DNA from: an uncultured Bdellovibrionales bacterium
GTDB taxonomy: Bacteria; Patescibacteriota; Minisyncoccia; Moranbacterales; GWC2-37-73
Direction of reading: 5' to 3'
Assembly: GCA_964500125.1 (NCBI GenBank)
Contig: CAZCMV010000005.1
Location: 1 to 63,761, forward strand
DNA length: 63,761 nucleotides
Shown: positions 10,029-17,628 of the stretch, piece by piece
Layout of the letters: every line of letters starts with the position of its first letter
Numbering within the stretch: the stretch's first letter is position 1
Program-made: the position numbers and the translations under genes
Notes under the pieces: model-generated
The model's input: only the letters and a program-made list of their open reading frames with translations
Told to the model about the DNA's origin: nothing
Databases searched by the model: none

Positions 10029-11195
10029 TTAACTATCCATTTTTTTCAAATTAATCACTTCTTGATATAGCTCAACGTATTGTTTGGCCACACTCTCCCA
10101 ACTCAAAGTCAACGCCAATTCCCTGCTTAACCTGCCCATATTCTTGCGCAGTTGTTCCTGTTCAATGAGCATTGACAGTTTATCCGTCAAATCATTACTA
10201 TCTTGCATCTTCACAATCAAGCCATTTACACCGTTTCTGACCAATTCATCACTACCCCCCGTTTGAGTCGCGATGATCGGAAGTCCGGAAGCCACAGCTT
10301 CCAACATCGTGTTGCTCATACCTTCATTAAGTGAAGGCAAAACAAAAACATCCGCTTTACGATATTCTTCTGGCAATTGTTCATGCGGAATCAAGCCCCT
10401 GAAAGTAACACTGTGCGAAAGCCCCAACCCTCGTACCAAATTTTCCAGTGATTCCCGCTCATTTCCATCACCTATGATTGTCAGATGGACATATGGATGA
10501 TTAATAATAAACCTCTCCAGCGCCTTAATAAGAAATCGAATGCCTTTGCGCGGGGTAATACGAGAAACACAAATGATTTCAAATTTTTCTTTTATTTGTT
10601 CTTCTTCGGCAGGAAAGAATATGTCTGTATTAACACCATTGGGAATCACACCAATTTCTTTTCCTGGTTTGCTTTGCAGGGCGAGCTCTTTTAACCCCTT
10701 GCTATTCGATATGACAAATGCGGCATTTTTCCATATGGTTTTTATAATAGGAGTGAGGATAGCGTAAAGACCTTTAAATCTCTCACTATATCCCGGAACG
10801 TCGGCACCGCGCAGAGACACGATGTATGGCAATTTTCTGCGCAATTTTAATCCGTAAGACAAAGTCCCGCAAGGAACAGAAAAGAATGAGTGTGTCAGAT
10901 CAAAACGGTTTTCTTTCGTCAACTTGAGAGAAAATTTCCAAGCCGCGCGAGTATAACGAATAAGATCCCCTTTGGTTTGATAATGCAGATTATTCGCATT
11001 CTTACCAATAGGTAGCCGATGTATTTTGATATTATCGCCAATAGTTTCGACGCTGTATTTTTCATCAATCGAAGAAGTAACGAAATCTACTTCCACGTCA
11101 GGCATTTTGGCATATTGCTCGAGAATGTATTTGGAAGCATTTCCGGCACCTCCTCCAAGCGGAGGATATTCATAATTGAAAAATAATACTCTCAT
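10029..11195 (-). CDS. Glycosyltransferase family 4 (GT-B)
   Basis: 388 aa. Contains MRVLFFNYEYPPLGGGAGN at the N-terminus and the EX7E region PSLNEGMSNTMLEAVASGLPIIAT. Confidence 0.85.
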   Translation of the reverse strand: MRVLFFNYEYPPLGGGAGNASKYILEQYAKMPDVEVDFVTSSIDEKYSVETIGDNIKIHRLPIGKNANNLHYQTKGDLIRYTRAAWKFSLKLTKENRFDLTHSFFSVPCGTLSYGLKLRRKLPYIVSLRGADVPGYSERFKGLYAILTPIIKTIWKNAAFVISNSKGLKELALQSKPGKEIGVIPNGVNTDIFFPAEEEQIKEKFEIICVSRITPRKGIRFLIKALERFIINHPYVHLTIIGDGNERESLENLVRGLGLSHSVTFRGLIPHEQLPEEYRKADVFVLPSLNEGMSNTMLEAVASGLPIIATQTGGSDELVRNGVNGLIVKMQDSNDLTDKLSMLIEQEQLRKNMGRLSRELALTLSWESVAKQYVELYQEVINLKKMDS

Positions 11196-11285
11196 ATGAT
11201 ACTTTTTGGCAAATTAAATGTTTTTCTGATTACTATTTTATCATAATCCAGGCTCAATATCCAATTTAAGTATCCAATTTAGGCC

Positions 11286-11314
11286 TTGACATGGGTATTT
11301 TTTTGCAAGATAAT
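11286..11314 (+). promoter_or_regulatory. Sigma70-like promoter TTGACA-17-GATAAT
   Basis: Read directly from the sequence. It lies about 55 nt upstream of the 11368 ATG. Confidence 0.5.
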
Positions 11315-11367
11315 AACAAATAAATATTGTTTTTTTGTTATTTTAAAACAGAAAGGAGAGGGAACGC

Positions 11368-11577
11368 ATGTCCATAACCACAGCATTTGACAGATTGTTA
11401 AGTAAAGAACGAGAAGCAATAATCAAAACCATGCGCGAAGTAAGAGAATCTCGTAAAAAAGACCCTGGAAACAAGTTTTTTAAACAACCGCAAGGTCTGA
11501 GAAAAGTCGCGCTGAGCTATCTCGAAAAGAAATTAAAGGAGGAACATGGCAAAGGAAATGTAATTCTGCAAATTTAA
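11368..11577 (+). CDS. Small hypothetical protein (69 aa, basic)
   Basis: AAGGAGAG Shine-Dalgarno sequence lies 7 nt upstream of the ATG. A promoter precedes the gene and a hairpin follows it. Confidence 0.55.
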   Translation: MSITTAFDRLLSKEREAIIKTMREVRESRKKDPGNKFFKQPQGLRKVALSYLEKKLKEEHGKGNVILQI

Positions 11578-11597
11578 AACCCGAGTCCCTCACCAGC

Positions 11598-11628
11598 AAA
11601 AGCCGCCCCGGAACCCCAAGGCGGCTTT
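11598..11628. terminator. Bidirectional hairpin between convergent genes
   Basis: AAAGCCGCC-N12-GGCGGCTTT. T-rich tracts follow on both strands. Confidence 0.5.
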
Positions 11629-11671
11629 AACTTTCTTCTAATAAGCTAAAAGCCTAATCGCCTAATGCCTG

Positions 11672-13003
11672 TTATTTTCCTCTTCCTATCGATCGGTATT
11701 CGAATCCCATTTCTTTCATTTTCTTCGGTTCATAGAGCAAGCGTCCGTCGAATATCAAAGGGTTTTTCAGACGCTTTTTCATTTCCTCGAAATCAGGTGT
11801 ACGGAATTCTTTCCATTCGGTAACAATAAGCAAAGCATCCGCTCCGTCCAAGGCGTCCCGTTTGTTTTCAAAATAAGCAATTTCCGTATTATTACCAAAA
11901 TATTCCGGAGTCTGAGCCATAGTCATAGCTTCTGGATCATGGGCTTGAATTTTTGCTCCCTTCGAAATCAATTCGTTTATGATAGTGATTGCAGAAGATT
12001 CCCGCATATCGTCAGTCCCCGCTTTAAAAGCCAATCCCCAAACTGCGAACTTCTTGCCTTTCAAATCTTCGCCCAATTCATCAACCACCATCTGTGCTAA
12101 AACATGCTTTTGTTTTTCATTGGTATCCAAAGTCTGTTTGAACATTGTCGCATCATAGCCGAAGTCCTTGGCGGTCTTAATCAACGCTTTAACATCTTTT
12201 GGAAAGCAAGATCCTCCGAATCCTGGCCCTGCATACATGAAAGGTTCGCCAATACGCGGATCTGCGCCCATCGCCCTGCGCACATGATCAAAATCAGCCC
12301 CAGCTATTGAACAAATATTGGCAAGCTCATTATTGACAGAAATCTTGGCTGCTAAAAAGCAATTGGAAGCATATTTGACGATTTCTGCAGTCTTGGGATC
12401 CATGGCGAAAAACCTTCCTTCACGGCGCATGAAAGGTTCATAAAGTTCGCGCATCGTGTCGATAGACGATTCATCATCAGCCCCTACAACCACCCTACTC
12501 GGTTCCATAAAATCCTTAACTGCCGTGCCCTGAGCAAGAAATTCAGGATTGCTCACTACGTGAAATTCGATCTCTTTTCCCCTCTTGGACAATTCTTCCA
12601 CAACTGTTTCTTTCACCAAATCTGCAGTCCCGACCGGAACAGTAGATTTATCGACGATTATCAAAGGATGGTCCATGGACTTTCCTATTGCACTGGCAAC
12701 ATCCAACACATGACTTAGATCAGCACTGCCATCCTCATTTGGAGGGGTGCCGACAGCGATAAATATGATGTCGCTCTTTTTGACCGCGTTTTCGAGATCA
12801 TTCGTGAAAGTCAGCGTTTCATTCTTAAGATTTTTTTGTACCAATTCATCCAAACCATGTTCGTGCAAAGGCACTTTGCCTTTCATAAACATTTCAACTT
12901 TTTTCTGGTCTTTATCGACACAAACCACATTATTACCCATCTCAGCAAAACACGCACCCGTGACAGAACCCACATAACCAGTACCAATAACTGCGATTTT
13001 CAT
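11672..13003 (-). CDS. ugd: UDP-glucose 6-dehydrogenase
   Basis: 443 aa. Contains MKIAVIGTGYVGSVTGACFAEMGN (Rossmann fold), the GGSCFPKD active-site Cys and a UDPG_MGDP_dh-type architecture. Confidence 0.9.
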   Translation of the reverse strand: MKIAVIGTGYVGSVTGACFAEMGNNVVCVDKDQKKVEMFMKGKVPLHEHGLDELVQKNLKNETLTFTNDLENAVKKSDIIFIAVGTPPNEDGSADLSHVLDVASAIGKSMDHPLIIVDKSTVPVGTADLVKETVVEELSKRGKEIEFHVVSNPEFLAQGTAVKDFMEPSRVVVGADDESSIDTMRELYEPFMRREGRFFAMDPKTAEIVKYASNCFLAAKISVNNELANICSIAGADFDHVRRAMGADPRIGEPFMYAGPGFGGSCFPKDVKALIKTAKDFGYDATMFKQTLDTNEKQKHVLAQMVVDELGEDLKGKKFAVWGLAFKAGTDDMRESSAITIINELISKGAKIQAHDPEAMTMAQTPEYFGNNTEIAYFENKRDALDGADALLIVTEWKEFRTPDFEEMKKRLKNPLIFDGRLLYEPKKMKEMGFEYRSIGRGK

Positions 13004-13117
13004 AACTCTACTAATTACGAATCAGTACAAATATACAAATGTACGAATCGAATTTCTATTATTTCTATTATATTTCAACTATCTTTCTGCCCTATTTTTT
13101 CTTTTAACTTTTAACTT

Positions 13118-14053
13118 TTATCTGTTTAGTATTTCCTTTATATTATAATTCATCTTTTGATGATTGCGATAATAATTTTTAACCATGATGTCAGCAAGTA
13201 ATCCGGAAACGAAAAGTTGGATGCCGACCAAAACCAAGAATATTCCCATCAAAGGCCAGATCCTTTCCGAAATGGAAGCACCAAAAAAGATTTTTTCCAC
13301 GGCCATCCAAATCAAAATCGCTCCACCCAGAAGCGACATCGCCATTCCGGTTCCTCCGAAAAGATGGAGTGGCCTTCCGGAATATTTGCGCCAAAACCAG
13401 ACCGAAATCATGTCGGCAAATCCTTTAATTGCTCTTTTCCAATTGTATTTGGTCTTTCCGTGCACGCGCGGATGATGCGAAACTTTTACTTCACCGACCG
13501 TAAAACCTTCGAGTTGCAAAAGTGCCGGAATGAAACGATGCATTTCCCCAAACAGATCAATGCCCTTGAAGCATTCCCTTCTGTAAGCTTTCAGACTACA
13601 GCCGCTGTCATGAATAGTGTCATGCAAGAGAATCTTGCGCAGAAGATTGGCTCCGCGCGAAAAGAATTTTTTGCTGAAAGTGTCTTTTCTTTGCCAACGC
13701 CATCCGGACACGATGTCATATCCCTCGGCCATTTTTTTGAGAAGCAACGGGATGTCAGCTGGATCATTCTGAAGATCCCCGTCCATGGTGATGACGATAT
13801 CGCCGGTCGAATGTTTGATTCCGGCGTCAAAAGCGGCAGTCTGACCGAAATTCTTGCGTAATTTTATCAGGATCAGCGGTGACAATCCTTCACAATCCTT
13901 GACTGTTCCGTCTTTGCTTCCATCATCCACGAAAATAATTTCAAAAGGCTTTCCTAATTTATTGCAAGCTTCATTAATTCGGCGATGCAATTCTTTCACA
14001 TTTCCCTCTTCATTATACAAAGGCACCACTACCGATAAAAAAGGCTTTTCCAT
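13118..14053 (-). CDS. GT2 polyprenyl-phosphate glycosyltransferase (ArnC/GtrB/DPM1-like)
   Basis: 311 aa. Contains LSVVVPLYNEEGN and DGDLQNDP (DxD), plus two C-terminal TM helices typical of bactoprenol-phosphate sugar transferases. Confidence 0.85.
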   Translation of the reverse strand: MEKPFLSVVVPLYNEEGNVKELHRRINEACNKLGKPFEIIFVDDGSKDGTVKDCEGLSPLILIKLRKNFGQTAAFDAGIKHSTGDIVITMDGDLQNDPADIPLLLKKMAEGYDIVSGWRWQRKDTFSKKFFSRGANLLRKILLHDTIHDSGCSLKAYRRECFKGIDLFGEMHRFIPALLQLEGFTVGEVKVSHHPRVHGKTKYNWKRAIKGFADMISVWFWRKYSGRPLHLFGGTGMAMSLLGGAILIWMAVEKIFFGASISERIWPLMGIFLVLVGIQLFVSGLLADIMVKNYYRNHQKMNYNIKEILNR

Positions 14054-14241
14054 AGGTTTGAAATTTTATTAGAGCTATAAATTAGAGTCATTAGCGTGCT
14101 TATTCGAGTCATTAGAGTCGCTTTTATTATTGTATATCCTAGGCGAAAAATGGGCAAATATATTTGGCTTTTATATCTTCTTGTCCCGTGATATAATAAG
14201 CGTGTTCCCTTTTTGGGATATTAAACAATAAAAAAAGAACC

Positions 14242-15009
14242 ATGAACAAAAGAATTATGTTCCTGGCAATAGGTGTCGCCGTAGCATTTCCTCTTTCGGG
14301 GACATTTGCTAATGCAACCATTGCTGTAAAGCCAACAGCTGAAGAAACCGCCACTAAAAGAGCGGAAATTCAAACTCGCAAAGAAGAACTTAAAACAACC
14401 ACAGAAGAAAAACGCGCCGAAATTCAAACCCGCAAGGAAGAATTGAAGGCAGAGATGGAAGAACTAAAAACCCAAAAGAAGCAAAACCGCGAACAATGGT
14501 GTAAGAATGTGCAAACACGCATAGACACCCGTATGAACCGCTACGAAAACAACCAAGCAATGTACCAGAAAGTATATTCCAACATGCAAACACGCTTGCA
14601 AAAACTTTCTGAAATGCTTGCGGGAAAAGGCGCCAATGTAACCCAATTAAACACCGATCTTGCCAAACTTGGAGAACTTATCAAAAAACTGGACACTGAC
14701 TATGCATCATTCACCACAGGACTTAAGGAAACCCAAAGTGTTGCCTGCGGTCAATCTGATGGAGAATTTAAAAAGCAACTTGGAGAGGCTCGCAATGTTC
14801 TTCCTTTAATCAAAGCAGATCGTCTTGCGATCAAGAATTTCTACCAAACAACCATAAAGAAAGATTTGCAAACTATCCGTCAAACGATAGCAGCAGCAAA
14901 TCCCGAAGAAACAGCTGATGAAACAGAGGTTGAAACAGGAGGAACTCAAAAAACAACAAAATCCTCCGGTTTCAATTCTCCTAACCCTAATCCTGCCCTA
15001 AAACAATAA
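14242..15009 (+). CDS. Secreted coiled-coil protein with an internal repeat
   Basis: Signal peptide MNKRIMFLAIGVAVAFPLSGTFANA. The repeat KRAEIQTRKEELK occurs twice. An extended -10 (TGATATAAT) lies at 14189-14197. Confidence 0.7.
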   Translation: MNKRIMFLAIGVAVAFPLSGTFANATIAVKPTAEETATKRAEIQTRKEELKTTTEEKRAEIQTRKEELKAEMEELKTQKKQNREQWCKNVQTRIDTRMNRYENNQAMYQKVYSNMQTRLQKLSEMLAGKGANVTQLNTDLAKLGELIKKLDTDYASFTTGLKETQSVACGQSDGEFKKQLGEARNVLPLIKADRLAIKNFYQTTIKKDLQTIRQTIAAANPEETADETEVETGGTQKTTKSSGFNSPNPNPALKQ

Positions 15010-15031
15010 ATAAATACTTAAAACGAACAAT

Positions 15032-15310
15032 ATGAACGCAAAAAAGATATTATTGCTGATGGCACTTCCGGTCTTTGTTTTTGTACTTTCTGGCTGCGGA
15101 CAAAAGACCGTCCCTCAAACTACTCCGACTGCACAAACCGTCGAACCGAAAATCCAACCTGATCAAAAACAACAATCCGAGCCTCCGAGGCCTCCGAGCA
15201 ATCCTGTTCAAGCTATTGATAGCGAAACAAAATCCCTTGATCAGGAAATTGATTCGGCAACGGAAGAAATTGACAGTGCCGAGCTTTCTGATGCACAGTT
15301 TGGGTTGTGA
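15032..15310 (+). CDS. Small lipoprotein
   Basis: Lipobox VLSGC follows a hydrophobic signal sequence. The mature part is Pro/Gln/acidic-rich. Confidence 0.7.
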   Translation: MNAKKILLLMALPVFVFVLSGCGQKTVPQTTPTAQTVEPKIQPDQKQQSEPPRPPSNPVQAIDSETKSLDQEIDSATEEIDSAELSDAQFGL

Positions 15311-15383
15311 TAAGTGACAACTATTGGTTTTTTACTAAAAAACTGCTACTATTAAGGTAGTAGTTTTTGATTTTTTAAAAAAA

Positions 15384-16790
15384 TTGAGCCCAATGAAAAT
15401 AAAAATAACAATTTTATTATTATTAACCATCATCACCTTTCAGCAATCTTGTTTTGTCTTGGCTGAAGAAACAAGTAGTAATGAATCTGAAGTCACTGAT
15501 GATTTTGATCTTTTTTATAAATATGAACAATATTTGAAATATAAAAAAGGCAAAAAATACAAGGAATATAAGGAATATAAGGAAAAATATGCTTTTAAGG
15601 ATCAAGCTGAACGGTTAAAATATAAGGATGCTTATGAGAAATATAAGTTATTCAAATCCAATCCCGTTAGGTATGCTTCTTACGCAAAATATTATGAGAT
15701 GTATAAGCGTTATAAAAATTATAAAAACAAATACACTCCTGTAAAAAAATATTCTAAATATAAAAAATATAACAAATCCTCTTATAAAAAATACAGAAAA
15801 TATGGCGGCAGCGCGTATAAGGCAGGTTACAATCGCTATAAAGCCCTTTTAAAGTCACAGGAAAAAGGTGAAGCTAATCTCGGCGGCGGAACACTCGGAC
15901 CGGAAATTAGTGTGGGAGTTTGGAGTTATTCAAGAGATTCTTTGCGTGACAAACCTTTTCATATTGAAGCTAACAAGGCTTATCGCATTTTGGATAATAA
16001 TGGAAATGTAATTGCCTCTTCAATTGACGGAACCACTCAAACATATGTCACCTATCTCTCTGATGGCAACCTTAAGGTTTACGGTTCCATTTCAGATAAA
16101 ACTGTAAGTACCCAAGTGACTTTTGATGCTGCAGACGGCAATAATGAAGCAATTATTTTTGATGCTCATCAACCAGACTCATCATACGATCAATATCGCG
16201 ACAAGATGCGTATTCGTTACAGTGACGATTCCAAAAATATTTGGGCGATTAATATTTTGCCCATGGAACATTATGTCTGGGGTATGGGTGAAACAACCGG
16301 CGTTAACAGCGAGCACACGAAAGTTATGACTGTTATTTTCCGCACATATGGATATTGGAAACTGAAATACAGCACCAAATATGCTAAGGAAGGATTTAAA
16401 GTAAGTGCGACTCCTGGAAATCAAATATACAACGGCTATGACTGGGAGGAAGACCATCCGACAATCAAAAGCGCTGCCGAAAGCACACGTGCGCAATTAG
16501 TTATGTATGGAAATGAAATTGCCCTTACTCCATATTCCTCTTGGACTGATGGCAGAACAAGAAGTTTTGAGGAACGTTGGGGTTCCACTGATTATCCATG
16601 GTGCAAATCAGTTAGTGATCCTTATGGCAAACATCCAACCATGTCCACCGCACAATTGGAAGCGGCCGGCAATCACATGGTAGGTCTCAGCGCGCATGGC
16701 TCTGTTTCATTGGATTACGATCATGGAAAGAATTACGACTATATCCTACATTATTATTTCACCGGTATCAGATTGTTAACGGCTTATTAA
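15384..16790 (+). CDS. SpoIID/LytB-domain cell-wall protein with a Lys/Tyr-rich N-terminal region
   Basis: 468 aa with a signal peptide, then about 110 aa of KY-rich low complexity. The C-terminal SpoIID-like core includes MEHYVWGMGE and GNHMVGLSAHGS..YDYILHYYFTGI. Confidence 0.75.
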   Translation: MSPMKIKITILLLLTIITFQQSCFVLAEETSSNESEVTDDFDLFYKYEQYLKYKKGKKYKEYKEYKEKYAFKDQAERLKYKDAYEKYKLFKSNPVRYASYAKYYEMYKRYKNYKNKYTPVKKYSKYKKYNKSSYKKYRKYGGSAYKAGYNRYKALLKSQEKGEANLGGGTLGPEISVGVWSYSRDSLRDKPFHIEANKAYRILDNNGNVIASSIDGTTQTYVTYLSDGNLKVYGSISDKTVSTQVTFDAADGNNEAIIFDAHQPDSSYDQYRDKMRIRYSDDSKNIWAINILPMEHYVWGMGETTGVNSEHTKVMTVIFRTYGYWKLKYSTKYAKEGFKVSATPGNQIYNGYDWEEDHPTIKSAAESTRAQLVMYGNEIALTPYSSWTDGRTRSFEERWGSTDYPWCKSVSDPYGKHPTMSTAQLEAAGNHMVGLSAHGSVSLDYDHGKNYDYILHYYFTGIRLLTAY

Positions 16791-16829
16791 TCCAATTCAA
16801 ACGTTATAAACTTTTAACTTTAGAATCAT

Positions 16830-17339
16830 ATGAAGCTTTCTTCAAAAATAGGTATTTTCTTGTTTATAATCGGATTAGGAATACTGGCTTATTGGGGTTG
16901 GCCAATCATTTTCGACCGCTACACCACAGAAACAGAAAGAGAATCCCAAGAACAGGACCCTATTTCCAACAGCGAAGAAGCTGCCTTGGATGAAGAAAGT
17001 GGCGACATGCCCGAAGAAGAAGCTCCCGACTTGGCCGACGAAGATCTTGCTGGTGAAGGTGATGAATTTTTGCAGATTTCAAAGCAAGACTGTGACAACG
17101 GCTGCAAGGAATACACCGAAAAAGAAGATTTGGATTATTGCAAACAAGTTTGCGGACTGTCCGCTATCAACGAAAAAGCTGATGGCTGCGATGCACTGGA
17201 AGATCTTGAAAAAGATTATTGTTTAAAAGATTTGGCGGTAAGCAAAAAGGATCTGAAGATTTGCGATGAAATTGAAGACAGTGGCATCAAGAAAACTTGC
17301 AAAAACCGTGTAACGGAAGATATTTTAGACACTCCCTAA
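16830..17339 (+). CDS. Membrane-anchored acidic, Cys-rich protein
   Basis: 169 aa with an N-terminal TM helix and a Glu/Asp-rich linker. Ten Cys lie in the C-terminal half (QDCDNGC..DYCKQVCG..DGCDALEDLEKDYC..KICD..KTCK). Confidence 0.65.
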   Translation: MKLSSKIGIFLFIIGLGILAYWGWPIIFDRYTTETERESQEQDPISNSEEAALDEESGDMPEEEAPDLADEDLAGEGDEFLQISKQDCDNGCKEYTEKEDLDYCKQVCGLSAINEKADGCDALEDLEKDYCLKDLAVSKKDLKICDEIEDSGIKKTCKNRVTEDILDTP

Positions 17340-17410
17340 CACCATTGACAAAAACGCAATTCAATAATAGAATTATTAGCTGTTTAAAATAACAAGCAGG
17401 AGGTGATTAT

Positions 17411-17557
17411 ATGTCACTTACATTGGTTTTACTTTTGTTATTTCTGATTACCTTGGCTATTATTTTCCTGTTGAAAAGATTAGGAATAAGGCAGCCTGAT
17501 ACGACGGCAGATAAAAATCCGAACGTCAAACCAACATCACCTTGGTCTCGTCGGTGA
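17411..17557 (+). CDS. Small single-pass membrane protein, 48 aa, absent from the ORF track
   Basis: AGGAGG lies 7 nt upstream of the ATG. Translation: MSLTLVLLLLFLITLAIIFLLKRLGIRQPDTTADKNPNVKPTSPWSRR. A strong terminator follows. Confidence 0.55.
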   Translation: MSLTLVLLLLFLITLAIIFLLKRLGIRQPDTTADKNPNVKPTSPWSRR

Positions 17558-17579
17558 TTTTCACCGGCAAAAAAACAAT

Positions 17580-17612
17580 CCCGCATCACATCATCTGATG
17601 CGGGGTTTTTAT
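17580..17612. terminator. Rho-independent terminator between convergent genes
   Basis: CCCGCATCA-N7-TGATGCGGG followed by TTTTTATTTTT. An A-run lies upstream, so it could act on both strands. Confidence 0.7.
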
Positions 17613-17628
17613 TTTTACTAGAGCTTTT

